Assembly: GCA_038883775.1 (NCBI GenBank)
Contig: JAVZLM010000002.1
Span: 64,001-128,000, forward strand
Direction of reading: 5' to 3'
Length of the DNA: 64,000 nt
DNA from: Candidatus Bathyarchaeia archaeon
Lineage (GTDB): Archaea > Thermoproteota > Bathyarchaeia > Bathyarchaeales > Bathycorpusculaceae
Shown: positions 28,061 through 37,850 of the stretch, piece after piece
Numbering within the stretch: position 1 is the first letter of the stretch
How the letters are laid out: each line of letters starts with the position of its first letter
The notes under the pieces: generated by a model
Database searches by the model: none
What the model saw: only the letters and a program-made list of their open reading frames with translations
What the model was told of the DNA's origin: nothing
Made by a program: the position numbers and the translations under genes

Positions 28061-29289
28061 AAGCGTGTGTGAACTTAATGCTCGTTGACTTTGTTAGGTT
28101 GTCATTGAAAGCCTTAAGCGAAAGGAAAACCAGGGCAACCCTCACCATAATAGGAATAGCTATCGGTCCACTAATGCTTGTCATGATGAGTTCTGTTGTT
28201 GGAAGCTATTCAAAATACATAGTTGAAAGGGTCACATCTTTGGGTCAAAACGCCATCGCTATTTTCCCTACTGAAAATTATCAGTTAGATGATGAAGACC
28301 TGGATTATATCAGAGCAATTTCAATGATCAAAAGAGCCGAGCCGTTCTATAATACGCCAGGGGTTTTAAAAAGGGGGAATGAGGAGCTTAAAGTGTCAAT
28401 ATTTGCTGTAAACTATAATTTGCTTTTTGAGGCGATAGGAAGTCTAGAAATCGCAGAAGGTGAAATTCCCCCAGAATCCAACATAATATACTCAATTATA
28501 GGAACAAAAATAGCCAATAAAGATAATGTAAAATATTTCAGTTTAGAAGACGTTTTGACGCTAACCATACCAAAAATTGAAGGTGGAAAAATAACTGGCA
28601 AAAAAACCATAAACGTGATTGCCGGAGCCATCCTCAAAGAATACGGCGGTGCTCTAATTGTTGACCCAGATTCAACGGTTTTTATGTGTTTAGAATCTGG
28701 AAGAAGACTTTTAGGGTTAAGTAAATGGTCTGGAATCCTCGTTCTGGTGGACAACCCAGCAAATGTAAAGCCCACTGTTTCAACTTTAAGGCAGCATTAC
28801 GAGGAGAAAGTGCAGATAATCGCCTTCAGCTCAATCGCTGAAGCCATATCCAGCGTAACTAGAGCAATAGACTTCATAAACTTCTCCACATCGCTTTCAG
28901 CATTTGCCGTAGCAGTGGCTGGAGTAGCAGCTACGATGATAACGTCTGTGATGGAACGTACAAAAGAAATAGGAGTTATGAAAGCCATAGGCTACAGGAA
29001 TGGGCAAATTCTTCTCTTAATACTAATGGAGTCAATAGTTATGAGTCTAGTCGGTGGGGCAGCGGGAATATCAATGGGCGTGGTAGGCGCCTATATCCTT
29101 TCATCAAGAGGATTTACGATAGGCGGCATAGGCGAAAGCGGAATTGCCTTACGACTAAGCCCACTGATAACACCATACCTAATAATTCAAACACTAACAC
29201 TCACAATCCTGATAGGATTAGCCGGCGGAGTCCTCCCAGCATACAGAGCATCAAAAATACCGCCAGTAGTAGCCCTGAGATATGAATAG
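28057..29289 (+). CDS. ABC transporter permease (MacB/FtsX-like)
   Basis: R..LTIIGIAIG TM1, extracellular domain, SVMERTKEIGVMKAIG, LPAYRASKIPPVVALRYE; alternative ATG at 28078. Confidence 0.92.
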   Translation: MKACVNLMLVDFVRLSLKALSERKTRATLTIIGIAIGPLMLVMMSSVVGSYSKYIVERVTSLGQNAIAIFPTENYQLDDEDLDYIRAISMIKRAEPFYNTPGVLKRGNEELKVSIFAVNYNLLFEAIGSLEIAEGEIPPESNIIYSIIGTKIANKDNVKYFSLEDVLTLTIPKIEGGKITGKKTINVIAGAILKEYGGALIVDPDSTVFMCLESGRRLLGLSKWSGILVLVDNPANVKPTVSTLRQHYEEKVQIIAFSSIAEAISSVTRAIDFINFSTSLSAFAVAVAGVAATMITSVMERTKEIGVMKAIGYRNGQILLLILMESIVMSLVGGAAGISMGVVGAYILSSRGFTIGGIGESGIALRLSPLITPYLIIQTLTLTILIGLAGGVLPAYRASKIPPVVALRYE

Positions 29290-29385
29290 TAAAATTAAAA
29301 ATCTATCGATGCTGTTATCTAAAAGGAAGTTCATGATTATGTGCTTGCAGAACAAGCTAACGGCACAGCTTTTATAACTTCACTT

Positions 29386-30567
29386 TTAGATTCCAAACAG
29401 CATGCTCACTAGAAATATGTCAACAAAATAAGATAAAGTTCCTATGAAAAAGCTTTTTGTCCAAGAAAACTGAGTTAGCGATTGAGTGGCAATCACGCAT
29501 AATCCCATAGTCCATAAGTATATAGCTATTTGGACGTACCAGTAAATTTGATTGAGAAGCCAAATATCCTCTAACAATTTGGCGATGGCATTCTCTGCTT
29601 CTCCATTAACGCCGCCGAGCAAATCGAAACCATAATAAAGCGTTGGCAAATTTGAGAAGGTTATAGCGTTTATTGCAGCTTGTATAAACATGGTTATAAG
29701 TGTGAATCCAATCAAAATCAGCGCAGTTTTCCATAAAATTTTTGCTCCAAAAGCCCTAACCAGTATGTAAAATAATCCTCCAAGAATAATCCATTTAATA
29801 ACAAACTGTGTGAAGGCAGAAAACAGAAGACTTAGCATGTCGCTAACAACATTTGTCATGGAAGATTTGAAAATACCTCCAAAAAACAATCCGTCAACCA
29901 ATAAAGTTATGTTCCAGTTTCCACTCCATTTAAACTCTAATTTCAGACCCGTAATATTAGCCCAGCTTGCAGCGACACTATTATTTAACCAGTTTTTCCC
30001 AAGCGGGATTGTTAAGTTATTCCAAACATTGAAAGCGGAGCTCGAAAAATTCTCTGTTAAGTCATAATAAAAGTAATCAGAGGATGTGGACGAAAATAGG
30101 AAGATAGTTACATTTTCTGGGCTTTGCTCGGGACTTGTTCGTTTTATTCTTAAGTATAAAATTTTGTAACCATAAGGTCCAGAGCAGTTTATGTTTCCAA
30201 TATCAGTTAGCTGCATCCAGATTTGGTTGCTATCATTAATGGAGAATTGGATACTTTTAGTTCCGTAGTAGCTTTCGCTTCCGCTTATATAATCGGTGAA
30301 ATTTTCCTCGCGGATTGTTCCATTTGGAGCGGTCCATAAAGTGAAGTTTTCCGTCCACATATCCAATTGTTGTGCCGTTGGCAAAGTCTGTTCAAAATAT
30401 TGTTTAGATAATACGGCGTAGGCAAATCCCACATCTGCTGCGACGAAAAGGATCATTATTAAAATTGGTCCTATATATTTTGGGTTTTGAATTATTTCTT
30501 TAAACGCTTTGTGTGGCGCATATATAACTTTGAATATTCCGTAGGCAAACAATTTTTTGCTCCGCAA
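29386..30567 (-). CDS. Yip1-like membrane protein with a large inserted extracellular domain
   Basis: KVIYAPHKAFKEI N-terminal motif, TM1, about 180-aa sequon-rich insert, further TMs ending SWTKSFFI. Confidence 0.65.
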   Translation of the reverse strand: MRSKKLFAYGIFKVIYAPHKAFKEIIQNPKYIGPILIMILFVAADVGFAYAVLSKQYFEQTLPTAQQLDMWTENFTLWTAPNGTIREENFTDYISGSESYYGTKSIQFSINDSNQIWMQLTDIGNINCSGPYGYKILYLRIKRTSPEQSPENVTIFLFSSTSSDYFYYDLTENFSSSAFNVWNNLTIPLGKNWLNNSVAASWANITGLKLEFKWSGNWNITLLVDGLFFGGIFKSSMTNVVSDMLSLLFSAFTQFVIKWIILGGLFYILVRAFGAKILWKTALILIGFTLITMFIQAAINAITFSNLPTLYYGFDLLGGVNGEAENAIAKLLEDIWLLNQIYWYVQIAIYLWTMGLCVIATQSLTQFSWTKSFFIGTLSYFVDIFLVSMLFGI

Positions 30568-30600
30568 CTAAATTTCTTTTAAGTGTTTATTAAGGGTTTG

Positions 30601-32109
30601 CTACATTCCCACTTTCAATCGCCTATAAGTCGTATAATCCACATAGTTCAAGAATGGATTTTCAGCTTGATATTTGACTGTCAGTTTTTGGCGTTTCCGC
30701 TTCTCAAGTATTTGGCTTGTAGTAGTAAGCGAGTAAGCGTCGCTTCCCGCTCCCGAACCGTAACTTATGATGAGAATGCGTTCATCTGGTTTAGCTATGT
30801 CGAGAACAGATGCTAATCCAAGAGGTGAAGAACCAGAGTATGTGTTGCCGAATTTTGCTACTTGAATTGATGGCAGATATTGTTCTTCTCTAAAGCCAAG
30901 TTCTTTGGCAACTTTTATCGGAAATTGAATGTTGGGCTGGTGGGCAACAAAATAATTGATATCTTCAACTTTGAGATTAAGCCTTTCCATAAGCTTTTTT
31001 GCGGCTTTACGGATATGCTTAAAATAGGCTGGTTCTCCCGTGAATCTTCCACCATGCATTGGATAAGGCTCGCCGTCTCTGCGCCAAAAGTCTGGCGTGT
31101 CCGAAGTGCATGAATACCATCCTTCAACCTCAGCAATAACATCATTTTTTCCGAAAATGTAGGCGCATGCACCGAATCCAACGAAGAGGTCTAATTCTCC
31201 GCCTGGGCAGTCTCTTGGAGCGGCTTGGGAATTGTCTGTGCCTATTACCATTGCGTATTGAATGTTTGATTTCGGATAATTAACCAAGGAGGCTGCGTCC
31301 TTGAACATGCTTGTGGCAGCTTTACATGCAAATTCTGTGTCTACAGCATCCACTCCTTGAACGTCTTCGTCTTCCTCGCCGAGTTTCAGAACCTGCGCAA
31401 CTTTTGAGGCTATGGGTTTAACAGCGTAGGGGTTGGATTCTGAGCCCACGTAAATCTTTCCTACAAGGGTGCTGTCTACTCCAGAATGAATTAGGGCGAG
31501 TTTTCCAGCTTCCACAGCCGCCGTTATAGAATCTTCGTCGATGAATGGTACTGAACGTTCCATGTTGCTCTCTTTAATCCTGAATCTTGAAAGGTAAACT
31601 CCATAACCCACTATTCCAGGCGTCTCATACATTTTGTTTGGCTTAACAACATTGTATTCTTGATGTGGATAATATTCATCGGCGAATGTGAAGGCTAAGG
31701 AGATTGTTGGGATTACGTCGCTTCTGTCAACGGAATAGCGTCTCCTAAACCTTGGAACCACTTCCCTTCCTTCAAAAACTGAAAAGTCAATTTCTTCATC
31801 ATCTTTCATTATTTTGTCAGTTAATCTTCCTGGAACGCGGATTTTGCCATTGTGAAAGGAAACAATGCCGTAAACGTATTTTCCAAGTTTTGTGAACTTG
31901 TTTGTGGGTTCGTTGATGAGTGTGCATATTTCAATCTTGCCCTTCTCGTAGAATAGGTCTATGTCAACCATTTTTCCGAAGCTTTTTCTTCCGCAAACTC
32001 CGCAGTAGTCCCTGACTTCAAAGTATTCTTTTCCACAGATTCCGCAGCGCCTCCCTCTTAACCTATCGCCTAAATAGGAAACCCTTCTTTCTATTGGTTC
32101 GCTGCTCAT
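30601..32109 (-). CDS. DUF35 (Zn-ribbon/OB-fold)-HMG-CoA synthase fusion
   Basis: N-term CGIC...CGVC + OB-fold; HMGCS motifs GSESNPYAVKP, EFACKAAT, FTGEPAYF, AHQPN, GNTYSG, SYGSGAGSD. Confidence 0.9.
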   Translation of the reverse strand: MSSEPIERRVSYLGDRLRGRRCGICGKEYFEVRDYCGVCGRKSFGKMVDIDLFYEKGKIEICTLINEPTNKFTKLGKYVYGIVSFHNGKIRVPGRLTDKIMKDDEEIDFSVFEGREVVPRFRRRYSVDRSDVIPTISLAFTFADEYYPHQEYNVVKPNKMYETPGIVGYGVYLSRFRIKESNMERSVPFIDEDSITAAVEAGKLALIHSGVDSTLVGKIYVGSESNPYAVKPIASKVAQVLKLGEEDEDVQGVDAVDTEFACKAATSMFKDAASLVNYPKSNIQYAMVIGTDNSQAAPRDCPGGELDLFVGFGACAYIFGKNDVIAEVEGWYSCTSDTPDFWRRDGEPYPMHGGRFTGEPAYFKHIRKAAKKLMERLNLKVEDINYFVAHQPNIQFPIKVAKELGFREEQYLPSIQVAKFGNTYSGSSPLGLASVLDIAKPDERILIISYGSGAGSDAYSLTTTSQILEKRKRQKLTVKYQAENPFLNYVDYTTYRRLKVGM

Positions 32110-33314
32110 TTATGGTTCCTCCCTAAAATGTGAACGTAACTTTTAGTTCCAAAACCCTCCAGTTCAACAATGCATCCGTAATTTAGTTTTTCATCACTTT
32201 TGGCTTGGCGTTCTTCAGCTTCGCCCCTTAATTGTTTGAAAACTTCGAAAATTTGGGCTCCACCAGTGGCTCCCAGCGGGTTTCCATCAGCTTTTAATCC
32301 ACCATTAAGGTTTGTGAAAAGCTTTTTTCCGTTAATTTCATAATAGCCATTGTAATCTTGACAGCTTTGGTATATGCTTTGCCAAGCCTTTCCATGTTCG
32401 CAGAATCCTAAATCCTCCAGCGTAATCATCTCCATAACCGTGGACTGGTCATAAAGTTCCAAAATTTGTATGTCCCAGAGGTTTATTCCAGCCATTTTTA
32501 AGGCATTTTTTATGGCGATTTGGCTTGCAAGAAAATGAGTTAGGTTTTCTCTTGCCGGAAAAGTGAGATAGTCCGTGGCTGAAGAAGAACCGAGAACGTA
32601 TATGGGCGTGTCGGTAAACTTTTCCGCAAAATCTTCGCTTGTTAAAATTAGCGCAGAGGCGCCATCAGAAATTGGTGCATAATCATAAAGTCCCAAAGGT
32701 TTTCGCGCTTCTTTTCTAGCGTTTAAAACTTGCTCAAGGGTTATTTTTCTCTGAAACTGTGCATATTCATTTTTTGTGGCGTGGAAATGGTTTTTAACCG
32801 ATATTTGGGCTAAGGCAATGTTTAATTTTTCAAGGTTTTCGCCATTTATCCCATATTTTTTAATGTAGGCCCTAAGCATAAGCTCATGGTTTGCTTCTGG
32901 CGTGCACCCAGCATAATAGCTCCAAGGGTCTTCAAGAAGCATGAGATCATCTCGGATTTTGTCCCAGCGGTCTGTCATTTTTTCTATTCCGCCAACCAAA
33001 ACAACATTGTACCTTCCAGCTTGAATGGCGTTGCAAGCGTTCATTAGGGCTGAGCTGAAGGAGCGGGTTACTTCCATTGGAACATGCAACTCCGTAAGTT
33101 CTGAAAGGAAGCCTTCTTCCAATCCGAGCTTGTTTGTTATTGGTAGAAAATAGTCTGAAAGGTAACAAGCTTCCAAATCTTTGCGTTCTATGCCAGCTTC
33201 CTGTGAAGCCTTAAGCCAAGCCTCTTCGATAAGCTTTTCAGGCTCCTTCTCATAGTGTTCGCCGAATTTCGTTCTTCCTACTGCAACTATCGCTGGACGA
33301 TTTCCCATTATCAT
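32106..33314 (-). CDS. Thiolase-fold protein (SCP2/archaeal type) lacking canonical catalytic residues
   Basis: VGRTKFGEH, VLVGGIEKM, PISDGASA, N.NGGLKA.G.PLGATG fold motifs; CAS, HDCF and GH motifs replaced. Confidence 0.85.
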   Translation of the reverse strand: MIMGNRPAIVAVGRTKFGEHYEKEPEKLIEEAWLKASQEAGIERKDLEACYLSDYFLPITNKLGLEEGFLSELTELHVPMEVTRSFSSALMNACNAIQAGRYNVVLVGGIEKMTDRWDKIRDDLMLLEDPWSYYAGCTPEANHELMLRAYIKKYGINGENLEKLNIALAQISVKNHFHATKNEYAQFQRKITLEQVLNARKEARKPLGLYDYAPISDGASALILTSEDFAEKFTDTPIYVLGSSSATDYLTFPARENLTHFLASQIAIKNALKMAGINLWDIQILELYDQSTVMEMITLEDLGFCEHGKAWQSIYQSCQDYNGYYEINGKKLFTNLNGGLKADGNPLGATGGAQIFEVFKQLRGEAEERQAKSDEKLNYGCIVELEGFGTKSYVHILGRNHK

Positions 33315-33494
33315 TTACACCTTTTGTTGTTAATTAGCAAATATCCCCTTCAATATGACTTTTAAGTGTTTTCCATTTCGAGGTTTTTATAAAAACCTAT
33401 AGAGGGTCTATCACTATTGGTTGATTTTCATTCCAAAAAATATGGTTTTTCTTGGAAAGTCTTAAGTGTCTAGCTCGTAAAGAAGAAGGGTTGA

Positions 33495-34523
33495 GTGAAA
33501 ATGAAGGTTGCCATGTATTACAGCCAAAGGGATATAAGAATTGAGGATCTGCCCGTCCCAAAAATTGGCGAAAACGAAGTTCTCGTGGAAATGCGGGCTT
33601 GTGGGTTATGCGGTTCTGACATGATGGATTGGTATTTGAAGGGGCGAGCGCCGCTTGTGCTTGGTCATGAACCAGCAGGCATAATAGCCAAAAAAGGAAG
33701 CAAAGTTAAAGATTTTAGTGTTGGCGATAGGGTTTTTGTGCATCATCATGTTGCTTGTCTAAAATGTCACTATTGCATACGTGGCGATTACACTTTATGC
33801 GAACAATTCCATAACACATATATTGAGCCAGGCGGCTTCGCAGAATATTTTCGGGTGCCAGCGCCAAACCTTGAAATTGACACTTTAAAAATTCCAGAAA
33901 GCCTAACGTTTGAAGAGGCAACATTCATAGAACCTGTTGGCTGCTGCATAAGAGCAATAAACAAGTGTAAATTGCAGACTGGCGATTCCATCGCCGTAAT
34001 AGGTTCTGGAAACATTGGAATAATCCACATAGCCCTATCAAAAATTTTCGGGGCCACAAAAATAATCGCCACAGACCTGATTGATTTTAGGCTTAGTATA
34101 GCTGAAAAGTTTGGAGCAGACGTTACCATTAATTCCAAAAAAGAAGATTTGGTGGGCGTAGTTAAGGCTGAAACTGATGGGCGCGGCGTGGATATCGCCT
34201 TTATCACAGCTCCGAGTTTAGAGGCTTATGAAGCGGGGTTAAAAATTTGCCGAAAAGGCGGAAAACTTTGCGTTTTCGCTCCGACAGAACCCAAAGAAAC
34301 GCTTCAGATAAGCCCAAAAGAATTGTTCTTTTCAGAAGCTCAAATAATCCCATCTTATTCAACTTCGCATCTGGAAACACGATTGGCTCTGGAGCTAATA
34401 AAATCTGGAAGACTAAATTTGAAAGGTTTGATTACGCATCGTTTTAGGCTTGAAGAGGCAGCTAAAGCGTTCAAAACAGCCTTAGAGAACAAAGAAAGCC
34501 TAAAAGTCATAATCCATAATTAA
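33495..34523 (+). CDS. Zn-dependent medium-chain dehydrogenase (sorbitol/L-iditol-like)
   Basis: CGLCGSD, GHE, CxxCxxC structural Zn site, GSGNIG. Confidence 0.9.
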   Translation: MKMKVAMYYSQRDIRIEDLPVPKIGENEVLVEMRACGLCGSDMMDWYLKGRAPLVLGHEPAGIIAKKGSKVKDFSVGDRVFVHHHVACLKCHYCIRGDYTLCEQFHNTYIEPGGFAEYFRVPAPNLEIDTLKIPESLTFEEATFIEPVGCCIRAINKCKLQTGDSIAVIGSGNIGIIHIALSKIFGATKIIATDLIDFRLSIAEKFGADVTINSKKEDLVGVVKAETDGRGVDIAFITAPSLEAYEAGLKICRKGGKLCVFAPTEPKETLQISPKELFFSEAQIIPSYSTSHLETRLALELIKSGRLNLKGLITHRFRLEEAAKAFKTALENKESLKVIIHN

Positions 34524-34594
34524 TCCTGTATGTGAACATCCTTTTGCTGTGTCTTATGTAAGCTTAAAATATTCTCCGAATCACATTATTAGAA

Positions 34595-34933
34595 ATGGAG
34601 ACACCAATGGTTGAGAAAAATGTTAAAAAATGCTATTCTTGCAATATTGATATGCAGCAAGCTTCAGAGAGAGTGCCGTTTAGAATTAGAGGAACACTGG
34701 GATTTTGGAAATTGATATTTGGAGAGTGGGCGGAGCTTGGTGAAGAGATGCTTTACCTTGACGTTTATGTTTGCCCCAAGTGTTGAGAAGTTCGATTATT
34801 TGCCAATGAAGAAGCAAAAAAGTCCCTAATAAAGGTGACACCTAAAGCATTTCTGAAAAATTGTGTCGCTTGTGGAAAAGCAATCCCAATAGTTTCAGAA
34901 AAATGTCCATACTGCCAACAAGAACAAAAGTAA
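34595..34933 (+). pseudogene. Double Zn-ribbon protein interrupted by an in-frame TGA (34784-34786)
   Basis: CYSC...VCPKC*EVRLFA...CVACGK...CPYCQ all in one frame, ending at TAA 34931-34933. Confidence 0.65.
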
Positions 34934-35060
34934 AGACATATAAGAGCATCCAACAGTATCCGATTAGCGGTAAATAACGACATAGAGAAACTTTATTCTA
35001 AATTCATAAGTATTATCTCGTTTTCATGTTTTTGTTTAGTTAAATAGAAGGTTTGAGTGA

Positions 35061-35264
35061 TTGCATAGAGAAGTGTTTTCTTGGAAGTTGTTGTTTGCCG
35101 CATTGGTTCTTGTGGTTGTTGGTGTGTTTTTGATGTTTCAAAGTTCCAATATGCTTTTTACAACGAATCCTCTCGCTATTGTTTTCATGTTATTGGCTGT
35201 ATTTTTCATTTTTTCTGGGATAATCCTAATCCTTTTGGGTTTGGCGGCTATGGCTTCTGTTTAA
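35061..35264 (+). CDS. Small two-TM membrane protein
   Basis: Two hydrophobic helices; fills an intergenic gap. Confidence 0.55.
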   Translation: MHREVFSWKLLFAALVLVVVGVFLMFQSSNMLFTTNPLAIVFMLLAVFFIFSGIILILLGLAAMASV

Positions 35265-35316
35265 AGAGGAAAATTCCATATAGTTTAGCCTACAATCATA
35301 AAAGCAAGTGGTACGC

Positions 35317-36345
35317 ATGAAGGCAGCAATGCTATACGGCATAAAAGACTTAAGGATTGAGGAAAAACCTAAGCCAGAAGTGAATGCTGGCGAAGTCCTC
35401 GTAAAGGTTAAAGCGGCTACAACATGCGGAACAGACCTAAAAATCTTCCAAAGGGGCTACGTTGAAAAAGTGATTAAGCTTCCAACAGCCTTTGGGCATG
35501 AATGGGCTGGAGAAGTGATTGAAGTTGGCAGCGGCTTAGAATGGCCAAAAAAGGGTATGCGTGTCCGTGCTGGAAACAGCGCTCCATGCCTGCGCTGCGC
35601 CATGTGCCAGAAGGGTAAGTATAATCTTTGTGAAAACATGATTTGGTTGTGGGGCGCTTATGCGGAATACATTAAGGTTCCAGCCCGCATGGTTCTGGTG
35701 AATATGCAAGAAATTCCACGGCACGTTTCTTATGAGGAGGCAGCCATAACAGAACCATTAGCCTGCGTCTTGCACGGAGTTGAAGAGGCAAAAGTCAAGT
35801 TAGGCGATACTGTTGCCATAATCGGCGCTGGACCAATAGGATTACTGCACTTACTAACTGTGAAGAAGTTGGGCGTTGAAAAAGTAATTGTAATAGACCT
35901 TATTGATGAAAGGCTCAGCTTTGCTGAAAAACTCGGCGCGAATGAAACAATTAACGCAGGAAAAGAGAATGTTACTGAAAAAGTTAGGCAATTAACAGGC
36001 GGCTATGGTGCAGATGTTGTTATTGAAGCCATAGGTCTGCCAACAACATGGGAGCAAGCCTTAACGCTTGTCAGAAAAGGCGGAACAGTTCTCGAATTTG
36101 GCGGGTGCCCGCCCGGAACAGAGATTAAGATTAGCACTGAAATGCTTCACTACGGGGAAATCACAGTTCGCGGCGCTTTCCATACAACCCCCCTGCATTT
36201 TAGGAAAGCCCTAAACTTAATAGCCTCAAGAACAATCGATGTTAAACCACTCATAACAAGAAAAATGGGACTAAACGAGATTAAGGAAGCCTTCCAAATA
36301 CTTACTACATCAAAGAACGAGATAAAAATCGCAATAATTCCTTAA
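35317..36345 (+). CDS. Zn-dependent medium-chain dehydrogenase (second paralogue)
   Basis: TTCGTD, GHE, CLRCAMC, GAGPIG. Confidence 0.9.
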   Translation: MKAAMLYGIKDLRIEEKPKPEVNAGEVLVKVKAATTCGTDLKIFQRGYVEKVIKLPTAFGHEWAGEVIEVGSGLEWPKKGMRVRAGNSAPCLRCAMCQKGKYNLCENMIWLWGAYAEYIKVPARMVLVNMQEIPRHVSYEEAAITEPLACVLHGVEEAKVKLGDTVAIIGAGPIGLLHLLTVKKLGVEKVIVIDLIDERLSFAEKLGANETINAGKENVTEKVRQLTGGYGADVVIEAIGLPTTWEQALTLVRKGGTVLEFGGCPPGTEIKISTEMLHYGEITVRGAFHTTPLHFRKALNLIASRTIDVKPLITRKMGLNEIKEAFQILTTSKNEIKIAIIP

Positions 36346-36406
36346 CAAGCTTTGTTAAAGTGTTATTAGGAGTGGGCGCATAAAATTAAAGTGTGGTGTT
36401 GCGTAA

Positions 36407-36814
36407 ATGAAGTTTACATACACAGGAATCCGCGTCAGAAACCTTGAGCGCTCAATAGAGTTCTACACAAAGACCATGGGAATGAAAATTGTGCGAAGGG
36501 GCGAAATGGAGGCGGGCGGCATTTTCGTTCAGCTTAAAAGCGAAAAATCACCACAAATTTTAGAATTAAACTATTACCCGCCCGGAACAAAGTTTTATGA
36601 AGAATATGTTGCGGGTTCAGAGTTGGACCACTTGGCGTTTTGGTGTGATGATGTTAGGAAAAGTTATGAAAAGGTTCTTGCTGGAGGCGCAACTTCTGCT
36701 GTTGAACCGTGGGATGAGGGTGGCTATACGTTAGCGTTTGTTAGAGACCCAGATGGAATTTGGATTGAACTTATTGGGAAAACTGTTAAGCCAGTTCTGC
36801 GCAAAAAGAGATAA
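36407..36814 (+). CDS. VOC/glyoxalase I-like protein
   Basis: TGIRVRNLERSIEFY, LELNYY, LDHLAF, FVRDPDGIWIEL. Confidence 0.9.
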   Translation: MKFTYTGIRVRNLERSIEFYTKTMGMKIVRRGEMEAGGIFVQLKSEKSPQILELNYYPPGTKFYEEYVAGSELDHLAFWCDDVRKSYEKVLAGGATSAVEPWDEGGYTLAFVRDPDGIWIELIGKTVKPVLRKKR

Positions 36815-36832
36815 GTGTAGCATGGTTAGGGC

Positions 36833-37252
36833 TTGATGTCTGAAGCTGACGGTTACATCTTAAGAATAGCCACTGTAGAATGGGTTAACCAAGTTTTTGA
36901 AATGGCAATATATTACACTGGTTTTCGTAGGAAATGGAAGGTTGGGCAAACAATTCTTTTCGTTCATAAGACAGCCTTAGGCGATGCTTTCGTGGGTTAT
37001 GGGGAAATTGGAAATGTTTACGGTTTGGATCAGCTTTCTGAAGAGGAAAGGCGTGAATGTGAAAGGTGGGGTTGGAAGAAAGCCATAGAATTCAAATACA
37101 TAATACGCTTCGAAAAGCCCCTACCAGTAAAGGAGACTTTCCTCAAAGATTTGAAAATTCGCGGCAGGGCCCTTCACGGTTTTCCACTCAGCAAAGAACA
37201 ATTAAATTCTGTTATAGGCGCCGCCGAAAAGCTTCAGCATAAAACGCCTTGA
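36833..37252 (+). CDS. EVE/PUA-like domain hypothetical protein
   Basis: KVGQTILFV...FVGYG...IEFK...FEKPLPVKE pattern. Confidence 0.6.
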   Translation: MMSEADGYILRIATVEWVNQVFEMAIYYTGFRRKWKVGQTILFVHKTALGDAFVGYGEIGNVYGLDQLSEEERRECERWGWKKAIEFKYIIRFEKPLPVKETFLKDLKIRGRALHGFPLSKEQLNSVIGAAEKLQHKTP

Positions 37253-37313
37253 CTTTTTTAAACCACAAGGCTTAAGTGTTTAAGGCAATGTTATTTTGTT
37301 GTCAAATGCGTAG

Positions 37314-37802
37314 GTGTTGAAAAGTTTGGCAGTTGAAGGTTTTTCAGGAAGCAGACAACCAGTAGACGTGAAAGTAGGCGAATTAACCCCCCAATCTAGA
37401 GCAGTAAACGTCACAGCAAAAGTGGTTTCAAAAACCGAAATAAGAAACATAGCCACAGGAAGAGATGGCGCTCCACACCGCGTGTGTGACGCCTTAGTTG
37501 GCGACGAAACAGGCTGCGTTTATCTAACTTTATGGGACGACAATATCGAAAAAGTAAACGAAGGCGACACAATAAAAATTGGAAACGGCTACGTAACCCT
37601 CTTTAGGGGTAATATGCGCTTAAACGTTGGCAGATATGGCAACTTGGAAGTGGCGAAAGAAGCCTTAACCGTGGAAGTGAACACAGAAAATAATTTGTCC
37701 AGCAAAGTTTACGAGCAAGAGCGCAGACCCTTCAGAGGACGCGGCAGAAGAGACTTTAGCGGAAGAGAAAGACGGAGCGGTTACAGACAAAGAAGATACT
37801 AA
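37314..37802 (+). CDS. ssb: Single-stranded DNA-binding protein (single OB-fold, Arg/Gly-rich tail)
   Basis: VNVTAKVVSK, VGDETGCVYLTLW, NGYVTLFRGNMRLNVGRYG. Confidence 0.88.
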   Translation: MLKSLAVEGFSGSRQPVDVKVGELTPQSRAVNVTAKVVSKTEIRNIATGRDGAPHRVCDALVGDETGCVYLTLWDDNIEKVNEGDTIKIGNGYVTLFRGNMRLNVGRYGNLEVAKEALTVEVNTENNLSSKVYEQERRPFRGRGRRDFSGRERRSGYRQRRY

Positions 37803-37850
37803 AGCATTTAGCAAAAACAGTTTCCATTCACTTTCTTCTAACCCAGTAGT

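Noticed and set aside
34784-34786. Selenocysteine codon
   Set aside because: The TGA is at a Gly position after CxxC, not a Cys position; no SECIS-like hairpin or Sec machinery is seen in the window
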